DNA of 60,273 bases, filler included, from Basidiobolus ranarum (taxonomy: Eukaryota): the NCBI GenBank assembly GCA_040143965.1. It is 10 parts of 10 records of this genome, joined end to end, with 100 filler letters (N's around TTAATTAATTAA, not from the genome) between each part and the next. Parts side by side here need not be neighbours in the genome. Positions count along the whole stretch, not along the records: positions 24,189 to 30,128 come from JASJQH010001459.1; positions 30,229 to 36,165 come from JASJQH010001460.1; positions 36,266 to 42,199 come from JASJQH010001461.1; 7 more parts are not named here. One strand, 5' to 3'. The translations under genes and the position numbers were made by a program. The notes under the pieces are model-generated. The model searched no databases, had not been told where the DNA came from, and saw only the letters and a program-made list of their open reading frames with translations. The first letter of the stretch is position 1, and the number at the start of each line of letters is the position of its first letter. Positions 24,851-36,778 of this stretch are shown piece after piece.

Positions 24851-27800
24851 ATGAACCTTCAAACAGATACTCGTTCTGCCAATATCGCCGTCTCCCATGA
24901 AATGGACTGCCCGCCGTTCGCGGTAGCACGTCGTAGAAGAGCCCAATCTGTTTCACATTTAACCTACGCGTTAACTTCGGCCTTAAAACTACCTTCCATC
25001 AACGAAACTGATAACGGTTACCACTATCATTCACCTCAACAAAAAGCTTACCCAATTGCGAAGGTTCCAAGCTGGGAACCCACTTTAGAGCATGCCATCA
25101 AGGCCATTGTGTCTATCAGAGCTAACCACGTTCGAAGTTTTGATACCGAGACTTCTGGTAACTTTCAAAATTCAATATTACTTTGTTGACCGGTGGTTTA
25201 AAGAATTTTCTATATTCATTAGGCTCTTATACTGCTACCGGGTTCGTGGTGGATGCTGAACGCGGAATTATTCTATCTAATCGACATGTAGTTAGTCCTG
25301 CCCCAATTATTGCTCAAGCAGTATTCACTAATTATGAGGAAGTAAGTCTTCAACCGATTTATCGTGATCCTGTGCATGATTTCGGATTCTTCAAGTTCGA
25401 TCCAGCAGCAATCAAGTTCATGAATCTAGTGGAGATTCCACTCACCCCGGACCGAGCCAAGGTAGGCTTAGACATTCGTGTCGTGGGGAATGATGCGGGA
25501 GAAAAATTGTCCATCTTGGCTGGTACCTTAGCTCGTCTTGATCGTAGAGCACCTGATTATGGCGTTGGCGAATATAACGACTTCAACACCTTTTACTTGC
25601 AAGCTGCGTCTGGTACCAGTGGTGGATCATCTGGTAGTCCTGTACTTGACATTGAGGGCCATGCTATTGCTTTAAACGCTGGCGGTGCCTCCAGAGCGTC
25701 TTCAAGTTATTACTTACCATTAAATCGTATTGTTGCCGCGTTGAAGTACATCAAAGAAGGAAAAACTGTTCCACGTGGTACGTTCCAAACCGAATTTGAG
25801 CATCTCCCTTACGACGATATTCGTAGACTTGGTCTTAAGGCTGAACTGGAAAAAGAGATCCGTGAAGTGTTCCCTCATGAGACTGGTTTGTTGGTTGTTC
25901 GCCAAGTACTCTCCAAAGGGCCGGGTGATGGAGTCTTGACTCCAGGTGATATTGTTCTCCGCTTAAATGGTGAATATCTCACCAATTTTGTAGATTTATT
26001 CTCAGTCGTTGATGAGTCGGTAGGAGCCGATATTCGCTTAACGATTAGTAGAGGCTCGAAAATAATGGAAGTTACACTCAAAGTTCAAGATTTACATTCA
26101 ATTACCCCTAATAAGTTCGTAGAAATTGGAGGTGGTACTGTTAATGAACTTTCTTACCAGCTGGCCAAGGGATTTAGCCAGCCTGTTGGTGGAGTATATG
26201 TAGCAACAAGTGGACATATGCTAGCTAGTGCAAGCGCGTGGCGTAAAAGTATTATTCTTAGCGTTAATCATATCCCTACGCCAAACCTTGATGCCTTTGT
26301 TGAGGCTATTAAAACTCTTCCTGATGGCGCACGTGTACCAATTCGCTATTACTCTCTCTCGAAGGTATACAAAGAGCGCTTAATGATCATGAATGTTGAT
26401 CGTCACTGGCACAACTTTAGAGTAGCAGAGCGTGATAATAACACTGGACTTTGGCATTATGAAGACATGCCCCCGCCACCTGCCATTCATTCTTATTCTC
26501 CAGCTACCGCTTCATTCCCTACGTTGGATGGAAATATGAAGTTAGCTGGAAAATTACTACCTTCCTTTGTAGCTATTGATTTTCATATTCCTTACTTGGT
26601 GGATGGTATGAAGGACACCCAGTTTTACGGTATAGGTCTTGTTTTGGATACAAGCCGTGGGCTTATTATCTGTGACAGAGATACCGTCCCCATCTCTATC
26701 GGTGATATTTTCCTCACGTTTGCGAACTCTATCATCATACCTGGTCGTCTTATCTACCTTCACCCATACTTTAACTTTGCCATATTAAAGTATGACCCAG
26801 AGCTTCTTGGAGCGACTCCGGTCAAAGCAGCAGATATTCTCTATGATCATCCACTCGCGCAGGGTGACGAGGTTCACATGGTTGCTGTTAGTGCAGATCA
26901 TAACCCACTAGTTAGACGTACCTATGTTACCAGTATTGGCAATGTAGCAACCCGAGAATGTTCTCCCCCCAGATGGAGAGCAATGAATGTCGAAGGAATC
27001 AAGCTAGATGATCCAGTTTCATGCCAAGGAGGGGTGTTGTGTAATTCCGAAGGTCAAGTACTTGCACTGTGGATCAATTATTCCAGTCAAAATGATAAGC
27101 AGAAAGATATCTCTTTCATGACAGGATTTTCAGTTGATCATCTTAGACCTGTTATCGAACCCCTTATAAAAGGAGAATCCCCCAATTTAAGAACCGTAGA
27201 TGTGGAATTCTGGACGCTACGAATCGCCGCCGCGAGAACATTAGGTTTGACTGATGAATGGGTCCAACGACTTGAGTCTTCAGGAGCAAATCAACATACT
27301 CTACTTTATGTTCTCAGTTTACTTTCATCCAATTCACCAGTTTCCAAAGTCCTGAATGTTGGTGATGTAGTCCTTGAGATGAACGGGAAAATCGTTAACA
27401 AGATGAGTGACCTAGCTCAGTTCAATACAGAAGAACTAGTTGAAATGGTGAGAATATTTAGATTATCGATTTGTGTATAATTCAGGTGATTGACATCAAC
27501 TTCCTTGTAGAAAATTCTTCGAGATGGACATGAACACACCGTCAGTGTTCCAACCGTTCCACTCGATGGTTTAGGAACCACCCGAATTATAGGTTGGGCT
27601 GGAGCACTGGTTCAAGAGCCTTACCGAGCCGTATTAGAGCAAGTTAAAAATATCCCTCAGGGCGTGTACGTCTCCTGTACACTCTATGGTTCACCAGCCA
27701 ACACGTACAATCTTAAACCAGGAGTGTGGATCTCGGAAATCAACGATATTCCAGTCCACGATCTTGAATCATTTTCCGAAGCGGTGAAATTGCTGAAGAG

Positions 27801-27972
27801 TCGACCACAGGAAAATAATGACGATGAATATATTCGCCTCAAGACTATCAGTCGAGCAGGGGAAACAGTTCGAGTACTCAGTCTAAAGACAGATGAACAT
27901 TACTGGCCTGCTTGGCAATTAGTACAAGACGAAGACACTACTGTCGGATGGAGATGCATTTTTGAAATTTAA
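24851..27972 (+). CDS. NMA111: HtrA-like pro-apoptotic serine protease Nma111/Ynm3; exons 24851..25157, 25223..27447, 27511..27972; 997 aa
   Basis: Catalytic motifs SNRHVV, YRDPVHDFG and GGSSGSPV; GNDAGEKLSILAG; duplicated protease-PDZ architecture; C-terminal DEHYWP. Both introns are GT-AG and restore frame. Confidence 0.95.
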
Positions 27973-28145
27973 ACGCTTAGTACCATATTTGTATCTAAAT
28001 CACCTCATCACTGCTCCTTTCTAGCTTATAAATTTTCATATAGTTTAGCAGTATTTGATGTATCATATTCATTCGTAACTATTAGTCAATCATTAAATTG
28101 AATTCATTCTATATCTGATTATATGGCGATTCTTAAGTTGGTAAG

Positions 28146-28226
28146 TACTATCATAGCCTGATACTAGCTTTATACTATCATAGCCTGATACTAGCTTTAT
28201 ACTATCATAGCCTGATACTAGCTTTA
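28146..28226. repeat. Perfect tandem repeat, 27 bp x3
   Basis: TACTATCATAGCCTGATACTAGCTTTA at 28146, 28173 and 28200. Confidence 0.95.
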
Positions 28227-29199
28227 GCAGTATCAATGAATTCAATGGTAATGTATTAGATATTCTCTTCTCACATATCAAGCTCGGTTGGTAAAGAACT
28301 AAAAGCAATTAAGGAATATCAGAGCAGGTGGTAAGGAATCAGATATAGAATATCGCAATTCAAGTGTTATATTCACCAATTCCTGTTAACGCCAAATAAA
28401 GCAGTTGCACACAATACTTGATTCTAGCCAGATTATTGTAACAGCAAACAGGCGACATATGTAATACATAGACTTGATTATTTTAGAATTGACGTGTTAC
28501 ACCAAATAAATAAGATTTGAGAAAGAAGCACAGTACTACATGGAAAACAATCGTTGTCAGGTAGTGATCATTGTACTTAGACCAGGAGAAGTGACGTCGT
28601 TAAGCATCTCACGGAGGCCATACAAGGCCATTTTACTCGGCGTTGATTCCTTCTGTTGAAGTTTTTGATAATGATTCCGCAACGTTATATCCAAAGTACG
28701 TCTTTACTGGTAGTCAGTAGAAGAGTTTAAATCTACTTCTTATGTGAGCACGTGGCAACTCGTCAGTACTGATAATATAGAAAATGAAAACATCGAAACT
28801 ATGCTATATTTTGATACGATTGTTCACATAACTATGTTATTAATGTGTCTAAGAGGTTGGGTCCAGCTGGGACAGAGATTCTTATCAAAAGGTTTCCAAT
28901 CCGCCACCTTGCTACAATCATCTTTGTATATCACTGACTGTATTTTTGTATCCAATATACATTCAATATCCATCACCAAATCGGATTCGATCCATATAAC
29001 GATTCGAGGTTTCCATATCCAAGTTGCCAGAATCCGCCAACTAAGAACTCTTTGTTTGAAATGATAATCAAATCAAACTACTATGATCAAGGCGCTTAGC
29101 ATCGTATATATTTGAATCGTATAGTTATTATTGCAGTAGTTATGTCTTTGATAGTAACAACGCCATTTGCCATACTCATTAATTTTGCTAAACCTGGAG

Positions 29200-29880
29200 G
29201 CATTTCGTGAGGTCATTTGCTGGAACCAAAGGTAGTGATTCCTCCAAGGTGATTCTACTTGACGCTCATTCAGATTTTTTTCTGGCTAGGTATGAAATTG
29301 ACTCTGGAAGTACTGCGCTACTTGAATTCACTTATCAATTTCGAGCCATAGAATAAGGTATGGCTTACTTGGTGGTCAGCGGAGATGTTTTCAAGTGATG
29401 GATCTACTTATTATGTGAATACATTGAAAGGAAGTGAAATTGGCAGTATCGCAGTCATGTCAAATGTTGATATGATTGCCTCTCCTAATTATGTTATCCG
29501 GTTGTATAATGGAGATACTGATGGTCTGCCGGTTCCTGTTAGATCAGAGGTTGTTACTAAAATGTTCATTTCAAAGTTAAGATTGTCTATGAGAGTGACG
29601 TATACTATTTTTATAATACAGATATCCCACCTTTCACTACTGCAGGAAAACCCTTGGGGGAATATACATGGGTTCGAACGAGCTGAAAACAGAAAAGTAA
29701 GTCAAGAGACTTGGTGGTGAAGCCCGTGAACCTTTCAATAATTACGATGCTATAGCCAAGATAGATCACAACACGTTATTGATTAATGCTGGGATCATGC
29801 GATATCTACTTACTCTCAAGATGTATCTATTGTATTTCCTGCTCGGACTAATCCAGCTAACATTTTCAAGAGGGTAATCG
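29200..29880 (+). pseudogene. Degenerate M28 aminopeptidase (aminopeptidase Y/LAP2-like); may extend upstream to about 28400
   Basis: Residual TKGSDSSKVILLDAHSD, DSGSTALLE, NKVWLTWWSAEM, GSTYYV and NVDMIASPNY. Frameshifts are present, and the DDxSG and EE metal/catalytic motifs are eroded. Confidence 0.8.
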
Positions 29881-30065
29881 CTCTCAACAGTTGGTTTTTA
29901 ATATGAGTGTAGTATCAATCTAATTACAAATAAGGAGAGAAACATCCAGATACCATGGCACTGCAATGACCAATTTTCCTTTGAATATCAATACCAAGAT
30001 ATATATAATTGGTGTTAGTAATGAAATTTACTTTTATTAAATCTAATGCTTTCTCAGAACAACAG

Positions 30066-30128
30066 TCATCCTTATGTTGTAGTGAGTATCAAATGATCAT
30101 CCTTATGTTGTAGTGAGTATCAAATGAT
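30066..30128. repeat. 31-bp tandem repeat (at least 2 copies) running into the contig end
   Basis: TCATCCTTATGTTGTAGTGAGTATCAAATGA at 30066 and 30097. Confidence 0.9.
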
Positions 30129-30228
30129 NNNNNNNNNNNNNNNNNNNNNNNNNNNNNNNNNNNNNNNNNNNNTTAATTAATTAANNNNNNNNNNNNNNNN
30201 NNNNNNNNNNNNNNNNNNNNNNNNNNNN
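30129..30228. other. Artificial contig linker
   Basis: N44-TTAATTAATTAA-N44. Confidence 0.98.
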
Positions 30229-30825
30229 TTCAGTGAACTATTTAAGAGAGTAAAAGTGCTAGAAGCTTCCATACCAGGCATCAAGTGAGCAGGAATTATA
30301 TAGCTTCAGTGATGAATGATGCTGAAGGTGCAAAGGCCAAAAAATTCAGAGCCTCCATTAGAGTTCATATCAGAAGTATTCTTGACACATTTCCTGTGAG
30401 AATTAACAGTCTTAAAAGCAACCAAAAGCTACTCTATTCTGGCAAATACAAAGCTCACTGTGTAAACTTCCAGCCTTAACCAATTTGAATGGAATTATTA
30501 TTTGGTTTAGTGAGTCACATCCAGGGAGACACCTAGACAAAAGGCTTTGGGCTGAGAGCCATACAACATTTGTAAGATATGAGAAGACTATGGCTGATTT
30601 GGCAGAGGTTGGGAAGGAATGCAGAAGGCTAGGATGTGGCACAGCTAACAATAGGCCAAGAGGAGGGATACTCACAGAGAGGCAAAAGCTTGAAAAAGAC
30701 ATATGAACAAAGCTTTCATCATCTTTTCAATATGCAACTGTCTAACAACAATTTTCCCAAATATATGTCACAAGTAAAGCCACTGTATCTGAAATGGTCA
30801 TAACATTGTGCTGGATAGAGCCTAA
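30229..30825 (+). mobile_element. PIF/Harbinger-type (DDE_Tnp_4) transposase remnant, internally deleted copy
   Basis: ILDTFPVRI, YSGKYKAHCV, GIIIWFS...GRHLD, MADLA and RPRGGILTERQK. Downstream sequence matches the reverse complement of 32080..32205. Confidence 0.8.
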
Positions 30826-30903
30826 TTATATCAATTTGTGCTGGCATACTTTTTAGCTGGCCTGTTCTTGCTCAATAAAATGGTTCAAGTCTAATGAATA
30901 CAT

Positions 30904-31447
30904 TGTCACAATAAGGAACTGGACAAGGACTGGGAACAACAAGAGGCTAGAAGGCAGGAGAGTAATTGGGTGTAGACCACAAGACAAGACAAGACAGGAC
31001 AAGGAAGATACTTTGGCAAGAATCTTTATTGATAACGGGCATTGATCAGACTGAGGTCTGATCAAGGAATATATGGAGCTTATATAGATATTGCAGGGTG
31101 AAACACAATATACTGAATAGGGAATGTACTGTGGCAAGTTCAAGTGTCAGGGTGTTAGGGACTACAAGGACCAATACAAAGAGAGATGATGTAAGGATGA
31201 TCAGGTGACCTTCTGTGGAAGGTCTTGGCGGAAATACACTATGTGTGGGATGACATGATTGGTTAGGTTTCATGGAATGTTCCAAAGAACATGACTTCCT
31301 TATAAGTTAACCTGGATGAACTAACACAAGATTGCCAAGAAGGGATGGCGTAGCAGGTATGATGTTGTAATCTAATGATAGAAGAGTTCTATTTGCAGTG
31401 GATCAGTATGCCAAGATCAGAATCATGACAAGAGCAGAATCATGACA
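30904..31447 (-). mobile_element. Probable solo LTR (gypsy-like TGTCA...TGACA) nested in the EnSpm-like element
   Basis: TGTCAC...CATGACA termini, with TATATAA then AATAAA on the minus strand. The two flanks join to match the continuous sequence near 45110..45240. No clean TSD. Confidence 0.6.
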
Positions 31448-32078
31448 AATCTTGCCCAAACTCACCTTGATTTGAGCAAATTGTGAAATATACCAAAACC
31501 CAGGCATTACTCTGAAGATTCTTAACTTATTTCATGTTGGTTATCATGGGTTTCAACAGGTATATGGCAATTGGACTAGTATAAGCCTATGCAGGAATAA
31601 CTCAAAAATGTACACAATTATTGACTTGAAAAGAAAGAAAAGCCACTAAAGATGTACTCAAGGAGAAGGAAGTTAGTAAACCCAAGGGAAAAGCAAAGAA
31701 GCCAGTGAGCTTATGCTCTATAGTTCCACTTACCAAATTCTTTACATGATTACAAAGATCTGTATTTCCATAGTCATATATACTGGCAAAAAAGCTTAAT
31801 TTCACCATGGAACCAGGTACACCAGTTGAAGTTCATCTAATACTTGGCACCTCTCAGCAAGCTCAAATACCAGCATACAAAACTCACCACTCACCATCTC
31901 CAAACTCAACTTGTACTTTTCAAAGTGACAAAATTAGCCCCAAAATTTAATGCAAGCAAATAGCCACACAATCACCACAAAGCATCCTCAGCAGTGTTAC
32001 ACTGCATGGAGGTATAAAATAGGCAAAGTGCTAGAGGAGTATTTTCAAAAGTATGAAGGGAAAAATGCAGTGTAATTA
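31448..32078 (+). mobile_element. Fragment of the EnSpm-like element (ORF2 region)
   Basis: Aligns with about 45167..45810, and in reverse with about 40010..40665. Confidence 0.75.
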
Positions 32079-32079
32079 T

Positions 32080-35000
32080 GGGCACTATCTGGCATGATGT
32101 AGCTCACCATTTCAGAAGCAGTAATTTTACTTATGTGGTATATTTAGGAATAGTACTTTTAGACATGATTGCACATTCAAAAGATGATGAAAGCTTTACT
32201 CATAAAGTCTAAAGTCTAGAGCTATCAATGGAAAACTTTGAGTATGATGTCTTGAGAATTTATCACAATTTTGACTACTTTGGCTAACTTTGATTGAGGA
32301 CCACAAAATGATTTTTTTCCGTACTTTCCTGCTGTATTGTTATATCTCTTTGGGAAACTAAATCTATGTTTTACTCTTGCTCTAAAATGGGAATAAATGT
32401 TATTATAAAGCTTTTGCCTCTCTCTGAGTATCCCTCCTCTAGGCCTCTTGTTAGCTGTAACACATCCTAACCTTCTGCATTCTTCCCCAACATATGCCAA
32501 ATCAGCCATACTCTTCTCATATCTCACAAATGGTGCATGCCTCTCAACCCAAAGGCTTTTGTCATGGTGTCTCCCTATATGTGGCCCACTAAACCAAATG
32601 CTGTTTCCTTTCAAATTTGTCAAAGCCTAGAACTTTACACAATGAGCTTAGTACTTACCAGAACTGGATAGCTTTTGGTTGCATTTGGGCCTGTTATTTC
32701 TCATAAGAAATGTGTCAAGAATACCTCTGATATGAACTCTATTGGAAAACACTCCAGGAAATGGAAGGAAATTAGAGTCTCTAAATCTTTTGCCCCAGCA
32801 CCTTAAACATCATTCATCACTGAACCGAAATAATTCTCACTTACTTGAAGCCTAGTATGGAAGCTTCTCCCACCTTTGCCACCATCAATAGTGCACTAAA
32901 TTCTGGTTGGACAACAGTTTTTGTAGTAACAAAACAAATGGACTAGCTGCTTTCTGATAGGTATTTGACTAAAAGAGCCACAGTATTTCTCAAATATAGC
33001 TTTTAGGCTGGTGATAGGAAAGCCAGTAGTTGCTTTTGGATTAATGAGGGATGACCATTTAGAGTAGATGGAGAGCATGATTTCAATCTTGTATTGAGCT
33101 GGCACCACACTGATTGATCTAGCACATGTGAGTTATTTATGAAAGAATTTCAATTATCGTGGTAAAATTCCCTACATTCTGTATAATAAAATTTTTGTTC
33201 GCATTTATTACTCTCATTATTTCAACTATGTGTGATTGCATGAAAATTATATAATAAACTGCATCAGCAAAGTTTATCTTAGTTTGATCTGAATCAATTT
33301 ATTGAGCACACATATCAAAATGGTTCAAAGCAGAATCCATTATGCTTAATCACAATATAGGAAATTAACATAGATGTTTTAACCAAAAATATAAAAAGAT
33401 GCCTGATTCTGATTGAAACCAATAAAGTCTAGCATCATAGAAATATATGGTAGCTACATATCATGTCAAAACAGACTCTTACTGATTCACAACCTACTTT
33501 GGTACAGGAAACCACCACTTCGAAAACTTTGCATGCATAGTCAAATGAAGGTGTGGGTGGTGTAAAGCAGCATGTGTCTAATAATTTTACAGATGGCCAG
33601 GTATCCACTATGAATTCTTGCATAGATATATGGGAGTTATTGATAAACTTGACCAAAGCCAGGTGAGAGGGCATTAGAAAAAAGTGGAAGCAACTTTTGA
33701 CTCTGCTTTGGAGAGAATACTTTATCTTCATGCCTTTGAAAGTCTACAAGAAAATATACAATAAGACATATGAGGATAGAAAGTGAGAATTGAGAAATAG
33801 GAACTGTGATTTTGAGTCTGCAAATATGCAATTCCAATTGCATTTTTACTTGTATAGACCAGAAGCAACCATTGCAGCCTCAACTTTAGAGACAATAGAT
33901 GTTCTAAATAGATATCAACCACTACTCAACAAAACTTTGCATCAACTGTTGAAGGAGGTTGTAGAGTTCAAAGTAACATTTCAGCACACTGTGGTAAGTA
34001 TAATCAAAAGATGTGTAAAGAGAAAAGCAAGAAAATTTATTGAATCAGAAGATATTCCCAAAGGCAAATTGGAGCAGTCTAGACCATTGCACAGATGCAC
34101 TAGATCACTCCAAATCAAAGACACTCCTGACAAGGTATCAATTTCACAAGAAAAATCTACACAACTCATCATTAGAATTGAGGTAACACCTCTAACAAAG
34201 GCAAGAGGCCAATGAGTTGGTTCATCAGCCAGTAGTACATATCAACAGCAATGCCAGCTTGGAAGAGTCCGTGATGTTTCTCCTGTTTTTGATGAAGAGC
34301 AAGCACTAAATGAAGAACCAGAAATAGGATGGCCCACACTCTCATGCATTCTCACACATCATAGCATGCAATTTACCTGACTAAACCAAACCAACCAGTG
34401 AGCTTTTTACACCTGGAGAAGAGTCAGCTCCAAAGTGTGTGCCACCAGAAAGACATACCAGCTTAACACATACTATTGCACAACAGCAGCAAAGGCCAAC
34501 TGCAAGAATTATTGAACCTTCTACTTTCTTGAATGAAGATCTGACACCTGAGAGCTGTCTACTGAGACAGCAATCCGTTACAATGCAAACCTCCACAAGA
34601 CCAAGACAATGGGTGTTTAAGAGAGATAGTGAAGCTCTTACTGAGCTTGAAGAAGCCACAACAGTCAAACACAAACCTCAAGGTAGACAATATGCTCCGA
34701 TGCATTCTGCCATGCAACAGAGGTCACGGCAGCCAGTCAAAAGAGATGAAGCTTCTACCTTAGTTCAAGAGGCAAGAGCCACCAAACACAAACCTCAAGG
34801 TAGACAACTTGCTCTAACATGTACTGCCATGCAACTGCAGCCATGGCCAGTCAAAAGAGATGAAGCTTCAACCATGGTTGAAGAATCAATAACTGTTGAG
34901 CATAAACCTCAAGTGAGACATTCTGTGTTGACACATAGAGCTGCATGCCAGCAGAAATGGCTGGTTGACCCATTAAGTAAAGGTTCCACATCTGAAGAAG

Positions 35001-35957
35001 AGACTGTAGAAACATACAAATTCCAAACTAGACTGGACAAGCCAACACATATCACAGCACATTGACCTTCAGCCACAACTCATGCTGGCTAAGATAGAGA
35101 AACTTCAACTGTATCAAACCAACCAACTCAGCACAGAGGTTTGAGCAAAGTCCCTTCTGTGGAAATGTCAAGGAGACAACAAAAATAACAGAAGCAAATC
35201 AGCATGTACCACTTTAAACCAAGGCAACTGCTGAACACTGTTGCTAATAACTACATTTTCCTATCTTTACTGCTCAGCACATCACGCAAAATTAATATGG
35301 ATTTCAGTTAAATATAGCATAAATTGGTTTAGATGGAGCACATACACTTATGTCTTTATGAAACATGGATAGCATGAAATTGTCATACATCAAAAAAATC
35401 AATGATAGCCTATTAATACAGGCAATATTGATACAAATAACTGAAAAATATCTGTCAATAAAAAGCTTCTGCAGCTGTATTGGCTCAAAATGGCTCAATC
35501 TGTTCACACTCTCACCCAATTTGAAGCTTACATGATGGAATGAATAATTTGCTGATCTAAAAATGATGAATCAAGCAATCCTAATCATTACTATTGTACT
35601 GCAGATCAATCCATCATCAAGTGCTATGATTTGTCACCAGTGTGCCAAAACTACTGGTGTTTCATAAAGCAAGAGCCATTAGGCCCAATTGAAAATCAGG
35701 ATATTGTGTTAGTAAGGGACAAATGATTAGCCTAAAAACATGTGAATGTATTGGTTATACATTTGATTGGGTAAGCTATAGTATAAATTATACATTATTG
35801 CACATTCAGTAATTGGTAAGCTACAAACTAGGCAATGAGCTTACTTTGTCAGTTTCCCAAAATCTCAATTTAGAATTACTAAATTGGGTAACTTGATATG
35901 GGCTGGCACAATATCTCCAAAAATATTTTTGTGTCCAATTGGGGTGGGATAGTACCA
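32080..35957 (-). mobile_element. Near full-length decayed PIF/Harbinger-like transposon: transposase (minus, about 32225..33078) plus divergent ORF2 (plus, about 33447..35190)
   Basis: Transposase motifs WFSGPHIGRHHD, ADLAYVG and KRPRGG...QKLYN...RARVKHRF. Candidate termini GGGCACTATC (32080) and GATAGTACC (35948..35956). The same architecture recurs in contig 7. Confidence 0.75.
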
Positions 35958-35961
35958 TATT

Positions 35962-36165
35962 CCCCAACAGAAATTTGAGGATTGTTATTGTAGGAAAACC
36001 GTCACAATTTTAATCCATTGGGGGTTGACCATTTACTTACCATCATGAAATTGGCAAGTTAGATTTGATTTCAATCAATTTTTTCAGTTTCAGGAGTGAA
36101 ATTTCAAGATCTTGCAAAATAGTTGCAAATGATTGGCTAAAATCTCAGAGAACTATGGATCAACA
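35962..36165 (-). mobile_element. Terminal fragment of the EnSpm-like element
   Basis: Begins CCCCAACAGAAATTTGAGGATTG, the shared terminus seen five times in the window. Confidence 0.7.
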
Positions 36166-36265
36166 NNNNNNNNNNNNNNNNNNNNNNNNNNNNNNNNNNN
36201 NNNNNNNNNTTAATTAATTAANNNNNNNNNNNNNNNNNNNNNNNNNNNNNNNNNNNNNNNNNNNN
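36166..36265. other. Artificial contig linker
   Basis: N44-TTAATTAATTAA-N44. Confidence 0.98.
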
Positions 36266-36347
36266 ATGGTAAGTAAACAGTCAACCCCAAATGGATTAAA
36301 ATTGTGACAGTTTTCCTATGATAACAATCCTCAAATTTCTGTTAGGG
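36266..36347 (+). mobile_element. Terminal fragment of the EnSpm-like element
   Basis: Ends CAATCCTCAAATTTCTGTTAGGG, the reverse complement of the shared terminus. Confidence 0.65.
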
Positions 36348-36349
36348 AT

Positions 36350-36760
36350 ATACTCCATGCCAAAACTTATGAGAAAACAAGAAACACTTGAGTGTTCCTT
36401 TTTGAAGCCAAATTTGAAGCTTGATTCACATCAAAGTGACATAAGGCAATGTTAGGTTAAGAATTGGAATAGAAACAAGTGTGCACCAGTATGATATTGG
36501 TAAAAAATACAACTGCAAAGCCTTTACTAATTTCTGCTTTAACAATGAATTACACAGCAAACTTTGATGCTAGATACTCCCCAACAAAATGGTGTTTCAC
36601 AACATGCTGATTTGACCATAATGGAGATGGAAAATTCTATGTTACATACTCACAAGTTTGATAACCACTATTAGGCTGAATCCATCTCCACTGCAATCTT
36701 TGTCAAAGCAGATGCAAACAACACTGCTAAAAAATTGTACTCCATTGAAAGCCTTTAATT
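36350..36760 (+). mobile_element. Decayed copia integrase core fragment
   Basis: PQQNGVS...TIMEM..SML...*AESISTA, matching the copia integrase TPQQNG...WAEA region. Confidence 0.7.
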
Positions 36761-36778
36761 AATAATAAAGTATTAATT

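Noticed and set aside
28146-30128. 27-bp and 31-bp direct repeats as CRISPR-like arrays
   Set aside because: The units are head-to-tail with no spacers, there are no cas genes, and the context is eukaryotic.
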